Assembly (NCBI GenBank): GCA_002269645.1
Contig: NIVC01000436.1
Span: 124,001-188,000, forward strand
DNA: 64,000 bases
From: Macrostomum lignano
Taxonomy: Eukaryota
Direction: 5' to 3'
Shown piece after piece: positions 24,501 through 34,800 of the stretch. The translations under genes and the position numbers were made by a program. Under the pieces are notes generated by a model, which saw only the letters and a list, made by a program, of their open reading frames with translations, was not told the origin of the DNA and searched no databases. Position 1 is the stretch's first letter, and the number at the start of each line of letters is the position of its first letter.

Positions 24501-25177
24501 AAGAGTGAGGTGGTTGAAGAGTGAGGTGGTTGAGGAGTGAGGTGGTTGAGGAGTGAGGTGGTTGAAGAGTGAGGTGGTTGAAGAGTGAGGTGGTTGAGGA
24601 GTGAGGTGGTTGAGGAGTGAGGTGGTTGAGGAGTGGGTGAGTGAGTAGTGAGGTGGTTGAAGAGTGAGGTGATTGCAGAGAGAGTGATTCAGATGCGAGG
24701 CCAATACCCACCACAAAGGCACTGAAATAAAATCGCTCCCCTTCCGCCACAACGCAGCTGAGATCATTCCTAAAGACGTCGCTGCCAGTGCAGCTGTACA
24801 GCTGCTCCGACCAGACCAGCCTGATGGAGGAATCCGAGGCCGAGGCGACAAGACGCGTGGAAACCGCTCGAGCCTACAAGGCCACGGTGGAAGCTCTGCG
24901 AGTTCTCAGTGAAGTCGCAATCGGGGGCTACGGCGCTAGCAGCGGCGTCGGATTCTCGTCGGGAGCTTCAACATCAGCGACAACGTCGACAGTGTCATCC
25001 GTTGGCGCGCCGCAGAGACCGCCGCCGGCGCCGCCATCGACGCGCAAATTGTCGCCGGTGCCGCAGGCGCCGCCACCAGCGCTGCCATCGCGGCCGCCAC
25101 CGAACGTCACCGCGGCTGCCCTGGCCTCCGTGGCCGCCGCCACCGCCACTTCCGGCAGCTCGTCGGTGGTTCAGTGA
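11925..25177 (+). CDS. DNM: Classical dynamin GTPase (G domain, middle/stalk, PH, GED, short PRD), 820 aa, 13 exons
   Basis: Exons: 11925-12088, 12244-12317, 12393-12733, 13396-13811, 15100-15232, 16241-16308, 17174-17470, 17905-17953, 19076-19183, 22896-23005, 23144-23270, 23883-24038, 24758-25177 (sum 2463 nt, frame closed). Motifs: [51 protein letters not shown] domain [42 protein letters not shown] at 25492. Confidence 0.96.
13150..13375. repeat. 25-bp minisatellite (ATTCTTAGAATCCCATTCCCACCAT), dynamin intron 3
   Basis: Period of 25 read directly (13201, 13226). Confidence 0.92.
13840..15000. repeat. 42/43-bp minisatellite (ATATCCCAGATTTAGAATCCCTACACCCTA...), dynamin intron 4
   Basis: About 27 near-identical units. 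Confidence 0.96.
15275..15570 (-). mobile_element. tRNA-derived SINE with CORE-like central domain
   Basis: On the minus strand: GGGGTTGTAGCCTAGTGG (A box), GGTTCGATTCCC (B box), then GTGTCCTTGAGCAAAACAATTAACTC...CAGTTCACCCAGATGTAAAATTGG (resembles the MIR/CORE consensus), a 3' tail and an A-rich end. A second truncated copy lies at 11268. Confidence 0.85.
15685..15825. repeat. 24-bp array (TTCTGGCGCCAATTTGAAACCAGA), dynamin intron 5
   Basis: About 6 units, plus remnants near 15900-15955. Confidence 0.8.
16645..17170. repeat. 17/18-bp telomere-like minisatellite (CCCCAAACCCTAACCCA), dynamin intron 6
   Basis: Each unit contains CCCTAA. The array runs to within a few nt of the 3' splice site at 17173. 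Confidence 0.9.
17495..17850. repeat. 11/22-bp array (AATCTACCTGTAATCTACTNAC), dynamin intron 7
   Basis: Direct reading. Confidence 0.9.
18300..18950. repeat. 20-bp array (TCTAACAGGTATCACCNTA), dynamin intron 8
   Basis: About 30 diverged units. Confidence 0.9.
19220..21120. repeat. (CTCTC/CTC)n polypyrimidine satellite, dynamin intron 9
   Basis: Direct reading, with a recurring higher-order CCACTCGTCTCCTCCCCTCTTATC block. A pure (CT)n run follows at 21447-21510. Confidence 0.96.
21765..22625. repeat. (GAGGAGA)n polypurine satellite, dynamin intron 9, inverted relative to 19220-21120
   Basis: Direct reading. Confidence 0.95.
23305..23762. repeat. (CACCTCACTCCT)n-type array, dynamin intron 11
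   Basis: Units ccacctcactcct(ca/ta/cg)c. Confidence 0.93.
24165..24680. repeat. (AGGAGTGAGGTG)n-type array, dynamin intron 12; reverse complement of the intron 11 array
   Basis: Units gaggagtgaggtggtt. Confidence 0.93.
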
Positions 25178-25789
25178 CTATTCTGGTCATTTGGCATTGA
25201 AAATTATCGTAATGCTAAATTACTTTGCAAATTATGCTACTTATATTGTAGTAGCATGACGCAATATTAACAGCCGTTCTCGTCTGCGCGTCAAAAACAT
25301 ACGCAATTATTGTAGTTTGTATCAAACAAATACAGATTCAGATTAAATATTGTACTAAATATTTGTTCCCATACTAACTGCCTCTGACTCAAATTCAAAG
25401 TTTATCATTATTTGTTTTATCGTTGATAAGTTTAATTTTTTCACTATCACTTATCAATCACATGTGTACTTGTCCTCTGGCTTGAATTTGTAATAAAAAT
25501 TTCCTGCTACGAAAAATGCAATCTCTGGTACTAATTTACTATGAGTAGTTACTACCGAATCTATACACTCAAGACAATAGCGGAATAGCAGATCTGTTTC
25601 AGCATTTTCATTCCCGTCATATGTTAACGTAAAAATATTGTTACAACCTGTTTCTCACAGAAATATTCTGTCTAACGTATTCTACTGATAGTAGAATCAA
25701 CGACTATGGAAAAAAACAGTAAAATTGACACTTCAAAAAACATAAATTTGATTTCCTTGTTTAACATATTTTCTAAACTTCCTTGCGCT

Positions 25790-26050
25790 CCTCATCTCAT
25801 CTTATCCAGCCCGCATTTCATTCAGTCTTATCTTATCTAATATCATTGCATCTCATCTCATTCCATATCATCTCATCCAATCTCATCGCGTCTCATTTCA
25901 TTCCATCTTATCTCACCTAATCTCATCGCGTCTCATTTCATTCCATCTCATCTCATCTGGTCTCATTGCGTCTCATCTCATGATTCCATTGCATCTCATC
26001 GTATCTCAGTCGCCCATCTCATCTCATCAGCCTCATCGCGTCTCGTCTCA
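25790..26050. repeat. Degenerate (TCTCA)n array
   Basis: Recurring tctcat(c/t). Confidence 0.7.
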
Positions 26051-26789
26051 ACTTGTCTTTTTTCCACAAATCAATCATAATTCTTTTTTTCTTTTACTTC
26101 TATCTCCAAATCTCGCCCCGTCTTATAAATTCGATAAATATTTCTAAATAGCATTTGCAAAACAGCCTACTACCATAAGTAGTTTTCGCCCCAAAAAACA
26201 TCGCCTTCTTGTAGCTTAAGTTTGACTAGAAGCGATTCCGTCAAGCGAGGGCATGCAGCAGAGGTCCAATTCAAGCCAGTCAGTTTATTTGACTTAAAAT
26301 AAGAGTCAGAATGAGCGATGGGTGCAAAGAAAGAAATGAGAGACAGGAAAACAAATTTCTTCTTCAATGCAAAGCCCACTTTCTTCTGTCAGTCTGGCCC
26401 CCCCCGTTTCGATTGAAAAGTTGAAAGAATTGACATTTCCTGCGAGCACTTACCTAATATGGAAATATAGAGCTCTTCGATTTGGCTGGCTGGCTGACTG
26501 GCCGGTTGGCCAACGCGGAAGTTGAACGAAGGGAGTCGGGGACTGGCGACTCAAATTTATGTGAGAACTTTTTCACCTGCTGTCTGTCAGTCAGCAGGTG
26601 GAGAGAAGCGGGCAGGCGCAATATCCGTGCAAAATGCGCCCTTGGGAACTGGGATGTGAGTAATTAATTCCTTCTTTGGCGGGAAGCCAGGCGGTCGTGA
26701 CTCACCGCCTGAGTTCGTAATGGGGCGGCCGGTCTGTGAGCCTCGCCCTTAGCTGGACTTTCTCCCACTTTCATTCCCCACTCTTCCTA

Positions 26790-27390
26790 CATTCTCTCTC
26801 CTCACTTTTCCCATCTCCCTCTCTCTCATTTCTGACTCTCTCTCCTTTAATCTGATTACTGAATCTCACTCCCCTCTCTCCTCTCTCTTTTCTGACTCTC
26901 ACGCCGACTCTCTGACCCTCACTCCCACTATCTGACTCATTTCTGACTCTCACTTCCACTCTCTGACTCATTTCTGACTCTCACTCCCACTCTCTGACTC
27001 ATTTCTGACTCTCACTTCCACTCTCTGACTCATTCCTGACTCTCACTTCCACTCACTCTCTGACTCATTTCTGACTCTCACTCCCACTCTCTGACTCATT
27101 TCTGACTCTCACTTCCACTCTCTGACTCATTCCTGACTCTCACTTCCACTCTCTGACTCATTCCTGACTCTCACTTCCACTCTCTGACTCATTTCTGACT
27201 CTCACTTCCACTCTCTGACTCATTTCTAACTCTCACACTCACTCTCTGACTCATTTCTAACTCTCACTTCCACTCTCTGACTCATTTCTGACTCCCTCTC
27301 CCTTTAATCTCATTCCTGACTCTCACTTCCACTTTCTCTTCTTCCGACTCTCACTTCCTCTCTTTTTATCTCATCCCTGACTATCCTTCC
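26790..27390. repeat. ~29-bp array (CTCTGACTCATTTCTGACTCTCACTTCCA)
   Basis: Direct reading. Confidence 0.88.
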
Positions 27391-28177
27391 CTTTCAGGGC
27401 ACAATTCGCAAAAGGAAGCTCTACTCCACACAACTAACTACATTCAATAATTGTATTTCCAGTTGAAAAAAATTCTATCAAAGGTTTGCCATCGATAAAA
27501 CAGTTAGTCTTATAGCCAAATATGGATCGCTAATCTGTATACAAACTAATAGTGCGCCCGCAACCGCAATCTCAGTTTCAGTGGTTATAATTTGGCCGGT
27601 TATATAGGGGTCGCAATCTAGACTCAAATGAGACTAAGCCAGCTCACAGATAAGGAATTAAAGCTCCTTGTTAGCCACCACCGCCCACACACTAAGCCTA
27701 CACATGTACCCGCTCTGCTCAAGCTTATTGAGTCAAAGTCAATTAATGCAAATTTGGTGCTGGACTTGGCTGTCCAACCCTAATGCACGCCGCCCCCCCC
27801 CCATTTACCTCTCTCTGTTTGACATGTTTTAGCCTCACGACCAAGGACTAGCTCTCAGGTAGTGCTTAATTATTTAATGCTATAGTAGACTTATATAGTG
27901 TCGCATAAGGGTATATTAAGAACTATTTGTACAGGTAAAACTACTTGGATAGAACAGCTCAGTTAGATAGAGCAGAACTTTCGTTGATGAATTGTGGCAC
28001 TGAAATGAGTTTAAATCGGAGTAGACACGATAATGGGAATGAAAAGCATGCACACTGAGCTGAGCTGTTTTATTGAGATGAGGAAAGGTTTGACAGGATC
28101 GAGAGACTTAAGGGAGGGATGGAGGCTCAAAGGGGGTCGAAATGGAGAGTGAATTTCAGAGAAGAAATGAGAGAGAG

Positions 28178-28629
28178 AGAGAGAGAGAGAGTTAGAGAGA
28201 GGGAGAGGGAGAGGGGGAGAGAGAGAGAGAGAGTTAGAGAGAGGGAGAGGGAGAGGGGGAGAGAGAGAGAGTTAGAGAGAGGGAGAGGGGGAGAGAGAGA
28301 GAGGGAGAGGGAGAGGGGGAGAGAGAGAGAGAGAGAGTTAGAGAGAGGGAGAGGGGGAGAGAGAGAGAGAGAGTTAGAGAGAGGGAGAGGGGGAGAGAGA
28401 GAGAGAGAGGGAGAGGGAGAGGGGAGAGAGAGAGAGAGTTAGAGAGAGGGAGAGGGGGAGAGAGAGAGAGAGGGAGAGGGAGAGGGGGAGAGAGAGAGAG
28501 AGAGAGAGAGTGAGAGAGAGAGAGAGAGTTAGAGAGAGGGAGAGGGGGAGAGGGGGAGAGAGAGAGAGGGAGAGAGAGAGAGAGTTAGAGAGAGGGAGAG
28601 GGGGAGAGAGAGAGAGGGAGAGGGAGAGG

Positions 28630-28674
<45 letters not shown>

Positions 28675-28709
28675 AGAGAGAGGGAGAGAGGGAGAGGGAG
28701 AGGGAGAGA

Positions 28710-28742
<33 letters not shown>

Positions 28743-28750
28743 AGGGAGGG
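28178..28750. repeat. GA-rich microsatellite with GTTA interruptions
   Basis: Direct reading. Confidence 0.93.
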
Positions 28751-29550
28751 ATGAGAAGCAAGAATAAGGCAAGAGAGAAATTATGAAACGAGTCAATAAA
28801 AGGAACCACGGGCACTGCATGACTTCAACTGCCCAGCGACACAATGTTTCCCATTTATGCCATTCCGCCTTTCCAAGAAACAATGTCCCTCCCCCGCCAA
28901 TTCAAAGCAGACATACCTAACCATACCTAACCATAGAGTCATACCTAACCATAAAACTATAATTAGTTGCGACAATAAAAATTCTGTGGGAAGCTGCGCT
29001 GCATCACAGCTCTGGGACCCGGAAGAAGCAAATTAGACAAGTGAAAGGTGGGGGAGTGGGGGAGAGAGGGGGAGACAGTGCCGCAGTGACCCAACGGGGC
29101 CCCTCGATGCGGAAACCCCAGTTCAGAAGGAACCCCTGGAATTTGCGACCCAGCCAAGTCCAGAATTTCTGGCAAATCGATCGTGGCCTGTCTGGAAGGA
29201 AAAAACAATTTCTTTTACAACCTTTGACGCTGTTCTCTCAGTGGCAAGAAAAGCAAAACGTAAATTGACTTTCATTGCTGCTTTTTCAAGCTACGAAATT
29301 GATGCCGACTCTGTGTTTTTATTGAATTAATTAATCTTTTTCTTAGCTTTGTTATAATCTTGTCTTTCTGAGTAAGGGGGTCAAATCTGGTTCACGACAT
29401 TAGATATTTAAATTTACTCAGGGCCGGCTCTGCCCTGTTGTTGTTGCAGCGAATTAATTAAAAGTGTTCGCGAGCCTGACAGGGACCTCTGTGGGCTGTG
29501 ATACTTGGACTAGAAAGCGCTGAGCAATCCAAATAACTGAGACCCCGTTC

Positions 29551-30079
29551 CAGGGGCGTCGCCACCGGGGGACAGGAGGACATCTGGAGACCTCAAAATG
29601 GTGTCCTCGGCTCTATAATGAGTGCCTGCGGCGCTAAAATGAGTGCCTGCGGCGCTAAAATGAGTGCTTGTGGTGCTAAAATGAGTGCCTGCGGCGCTAA
29701 AATGAGTGCCTGCAGCGCTAAAATGAGTGCCTGCGGCGCTAAAATGAGTACCTACAGCGCTAAAATGAGTGCCTGCGGCGCTAAAATGAGTGCCTGCGGC
29801 GCTAAAGTGAGTGCCTGCGGCGCTAAAATGAGTGCCTGCGGCGCTAAAATGAGAGCCTGCGGCGCTAAAATGAGTGCCTGCGGCGCTAAAATGAGTGCCT
29901 GTGGCGCTAAAATGAGTGCCTGCAGCGCTAAAATGAGTGCCTGCGGCGCTAAAATGGTGCAATTGCTGACAACACCGATTCTGAAAATCATGTACATGTA
30001 GGAATTTAGTCATGTACAAACACATGTACAATTCTTGGCTTTGACCCCCCCCACCATAAAATCCCGGGTGACTCCTTTG
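29551..30079. mobile_element. Non-autonomous hAT-type DNA transposon (MITE) carrying an internal 21-bp minisatellite
   Basis: Perfect 8-bp TSD CCCCGTTC at 29543-29550 and 30080-30087. Imperfect TIRs: CAGGGGCGTCGCC and GGTGACTCCTTTG (revcomp CAAAGGAGTCACC). Internal (AAAATGAGTGCCTGCGGCGCT)n at about 29625-29955. Confidence 0.8.
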
Positions 30080-30805
30080 CCCCGTTCTATCAGAGACAGT
30101 TGCTATAATTTTTTCAAAATTTAATATTCATCAAAAAGACTGTTTAAATCTGTTGAGATATCCATCTACACGTGTAAGTAGTCTAATTTTTAGTCCAATA
30201 ACGACTATCCAGAGGTCTTTGGTTCGCGGCTTCTCTCACTGTTAATTCTATTTCTTTGTATATTATTGTTATTAACATTATGGTGGTCCTTGAATTGCTG
30301 CACAAGCAATGTCTAACACTGCGGTTCTATAATTGCAATGCACATTATCATACGTGTTTACTCTAAATACATTTTTTCTTCTCTCTAAATGGTCGGGTGA
30401 GAGAGAGAAACTTTCGCTTTCTTGCATACATGTAGGGTAGAGGCATTGTGAATCTAACAAAAGCACAGAGAGAGGCATTGGCTTGCGTGTCAAGTAGAGT
30501 GTTCTGTTAACGATTAAGAAAAGAGAGGAATGGAGTGACAACCATGAGGCTCGCAAGTAGCCTTCAAGGGACTTCATTGAAAGCGAATGCAAATTCTCGT
30601 GGGCGTTATCTTCGTTGACAGCATTTTCCTATATTTTTATAAGCCTGTTCTATCTATAGGGCATGGAGTTCTAGCATGTAGAGAGCATCTGGTAGGAAAT
30701 CTTTTGCATTATTCCATGGGCCTAGGATTGTATGTAACTCTTGGAACTTTTTGTTTGAAAAATTAATAGACTTCTCTTCTTACCATTTTTATTTTCATTG
30801 TTAAC

Positions 30806-31167
30806 CTCTGGTGCTGGCGCCTCTGGTGCTGGCGCCTCTGGTGCTGGCGCCTCTGGTGCTGGCGCCTCTGGTGCTGGCGCCTCTGGTGCTGGCGCCTCTG
30901 GTGCTGGCGCCTCTGGTGCTGGCGCCTCTGGTGCTGGCGCCTCTGGTGCTGGCGCCTCTGGTGCTGGCGCCTCTGGTGCTGGCGCCTCTCGTGCTGGCGC
31001 CTCTGGTGCTGGCGCCTCTGGTGCTGGCGCCTCTGGTGCTGGCGCCTCTGGTGCTGGCGCCTCTGGTGCTGGCGCCTCTGGTGCTGGCGCCTCTGGTGCT
31101 GGCGCCTCTGGTGCTGGCGCCTCTGGTGCTGGCGCCTCTGGTGCTGGCGCCTCTGGTGCTGGCGCCC
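30806..31167. repeat. Near-perfect 15-bp array (CTCTGGTGCTGGCGC), about 24 copies
   Basis: One variant unit (ctctcgtg) near 30990. Followed by four looser CCCTCAC units. Confidence 0.97.
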
Positions 31168-31840
31168 CGGTCACCCTCATGGTGCCACCCTCACGATGTC
31201 GCGCCCTCACGGTGTCACCCCCCTCACAATGGCAACGCTCCAAAATAAGCAACCCTATCCCAGCAGTCTAGACATTCATGTATTCGGCACTCTCCATGCA
31301 TGAGCAAAATTCATTCGCAGCAGCTAACAGAGTCCAGCAGTCAGTTGCTCGACAAACATTTGCATTCCTCTGCGTCTGCCTGCCTATCTCTCTCTGCATG
31401 ACTCTCTCAAGCGCATTCCCTGCTAGGAAAGATAAACCAGCTCATGGTTGGTCACCCGAAACCTGTTGACAACCAATCAGAAAGCAGGCAGCTAGCTTCA
31501 CGGGCGGCGTCTACCTCCGACCCCATCTCTCCACTGCTCCCTCATACCCCCCCCCCCCCCCCGGAGGGGGTTTCTTGTTCGTCGGTGAACAACTGCCGCT
31601 GATATAACAAGGCAGGCAGACAGACAAGTTCCCTTATTATAGACACATTCTTAGAAATTCCATCAGTCTCTGTAGGGACCAACGTCCCCCCCCCCAATTC
31701 TATAGTTAGGTATCGAATTACGTAATAGCAATAAATACTAGTAGCGGTCACATCAAAGGACTGGAAGAAACTGGGACAGAGAAAGGAACACCGATTTCCC
31801 AAAACACAATACTACCTACCTGCTACTTATAAATCTGAGC

Positions 31841-34800
31841 ATGCCGAATCAACAATCAGTTTTTAAGCCTCTTCATCCTCATCTGTTGCTGCTGCTTATT
31901 CTGACCCTGCTATTGTCGGGTCAGCCGCAACCGGTTAACGCCTGCTTCAGCCAGTCGCACCTGTACCAGCCGAGAGAATCCTCCAACAGGCAGCGCTCCA
32001 GTCACTCCTTCGCATTCGGAGAATATCAACCGAAGACCTCCGAGTTGGCGGTTCAGGCCAGCGGGCCAGAGGGGGCCCCGGTGAGACAGTCGCGACATCT
32101 GCTGAGATCCCGATCTGATTTGCTGGAGTTCAACGGCAGGCGCAGGTCGCGGTACATGACTCGGGTGAGCTGGATTGGCTTTGCTGGGGGTCTGCAGGTA
32201 TTGATCTATAGGTAGGGATCTACAGGTAGGGATCTACAGGTAGGGATCTACAGGTAGGTATCTACAGGTAGGGATCTACAAGTAGGGATCTACAGGTAGG
32301 AATCTACAGGTAGGGATCTAGAAGTATTGATTTGCAGGTGGAGACCTATGGGTAGGGATCTAAAAGTAGAGATCTACAGATAGGGATCTACTGGTAAAAA
32401 TCTTCAGGTAGAGATCTGTAGCTAGGGATCTAAAGTCACGGATCTACAGGTAAAGGTAAGGATCTACCGGTAGAGATTTGAAATTAGAGATCTGCAGGTA
32501 GGAATCTACTGGTAGGAGGGATCTACAGGTAGAAATGTACAGGTAGGGATCTACAGGTAGGGATCTACAGGTAGGGATCTACAGGTAGGGATCTACAGGT
32601 AGGGATCTACAGGTAGGGATCTACAGGTAGGAATCTACAGGTAGGGATCTGCAGGTAGGGATCTACAGGTAGGAATCTACAGGTAGGGATCTACAGGTAG
32701 GGATCTACAGGTAGGGATCTACAGGTAGGGATCTACAGGTAGGAATCTACAGGTAGGGATCTACAGGTAGGGATCTACAGGTAGGGATCTACAGGTAGGG
32801 ATCTACAGGTAGGGATCTACAGGTAGGAATCTACAGGTAGGGATCTACAGGTAGGGATCTACAGGTAGGGATCTACAGGTAGGGATCTACAGGTAGGAAT
32901 CTACAGGTAGGGATCTACAGGTAGGGATCTACAGTTAGAGATCTACAGGTGGGGATCTACAGGTAGGGATCTACTATAAGCCCACTATAAGCCTACTACA
33001 AGCCTGCGGTAATGGCTAATCAGACTCACTAACAGCACAACTGTCTTCTCACAACGCAGCGCTGCAAAGAGAAGCTGGAGCAATTGGCCCTGCTAGTTCG
33101 CAACCAATGGAATGGTCACGTTCGCATCCGGGTTCACCACGCCTGGATGCCGAAGCACGACGCCTATTGGGACAGCCAAGTCGGCCACCGCGGCCTCGAG
33201 TCTTTGCACTTTTCTGGCCGAGCAGTGGACATGTCTCTGCTGAAATTGAAACCCAATCTGAATTATCGAGACGTAACCTTGGGTCGATTGGCCCAACTGG
33301 CTTACTATCAGGCCTATTTCGACTATTGCAAAGTTTTAAAGGACACTGTGCACTGTTCAGTGAAGTCCGGTGAGCGTTTCAATAATTCAAGTTTAATTGC
33401 ATCATAGATACTGAGGCAGCGATGATTATCCAAGATTTTAGTTGCATCTTATAGTGACTGAGGCAGCGATGATTATCCAAGATTTTAGTTGCATCTTAGT
33501 GACTGAGGCAGCGATGATTATCCAAGATTTTAGTTGCATCTTATAGTGACTGAGGCAGCGATGACTATCCAAGATTTTAGTTGCATCTTAATGACTGAGG
33601 CAGCGATGATTATCCAAGATTTTAGTTGCATCTTAATGACTGAGGCAGCGATGACTATCCAAGATTTTAGTTGCATCTTAATGACTGAGGCAGCGATGAC
33701 TATCCAAGATTTTAGTTGCATCTTAATGACTGAGGCAGCGATGATTATCCAAGATTTTAGTTGCATCTTAATGACTGAGGCAGCGATGACTATCCAAGAT
33801 TTTAGTTGCATCTTATAGTGACTGAGGCAGCGATGATTATCCAAGATTTTAGTTGCATCTTATAATGACTGAGGCAGCGATGATTATCCAAGATTTTAGT
33901 TGCATCTTATAATGACTGAGGCAGCGATGATTATCCAAGATTTTAGTTGCATCTTATAGTGACTGAGGCAGCGATGATTATCCAAGATTTTAGTTGCATC
34001 TTATAGTGACTGAGGCAGCGATGATTATCCAAGATTTTAGTTGCATCTTAATGACTGAGGCAGCGATGACTATCCAAGATTTTAGTTGCATCTTATAGTG
34101 ACTGAGGCAGCGATGATTATCCAAGATTTTAGTTGCATCTTATAGTGACTGAGGCAGCGATGATTATCCAAGATTTTAGTTGCATCTTATAGTGACTGAG
34201 GCAGCGATGATTATCCAAGATTTTAGTTGCATCTTATAGTGACTGAGGCAGCGATGATTATCCAAGATTTTAGTTGCATCTTAATGACTGAGGCAGCGAT
34301 GATTATCCAAGATTTTAGTTGCATCTTAATGACTGAGGCAGCGATGACTATCCAAGATTTTAGTTGCATCTTAATGACTGAGGCAGCGATGACTATCCAA
34401 GATTTTAGTTGCATCTTAATGACTGAGGCAGCGATGATTATCCAAGATTTTAGTTGCATCTTATAGTGACTGAGGCAGCGATGATTATCCAAGATTTTAG
34501 TTGCATCTTATAATGACTGAGGCAGCGATGATTATCCAAGATTTTAGTTGCATCTTATAATGACTGAGGCAGCGATGATTATCCAAGATTTTAGTTGCAT
34601 CTTATAGTGACTGAGGCAGCGATGATTATCCAAGATTTTAGTTGCATCTTATAGTGACTGAGGCAGCGATGATTATCCAAGATTTTAGTTGCATCTTAAT
34701 GACTGAGGCAGCGATGACTATCCAAGATTTTAGTTGCATCTTAATGACTGAGGCAGCGATGATTATCCAAGATTTTAGTTGCATCTTATAGTGACTGAGG

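Noticed and set aside
26470-26760. GC-richer unique block with E-boxes upstream of hedgehog
   Set aside because: Might be an enhancer, but the motifs are too short to support a call without conservation data.
29510-31271. Repeat-protein ORFs (AAGTHFS, APEAP, GASGA)
   Set aside because: Open in several frames and on both strands; 21-bp and 15-bp tandem repeats with no synonymous-variation signal.
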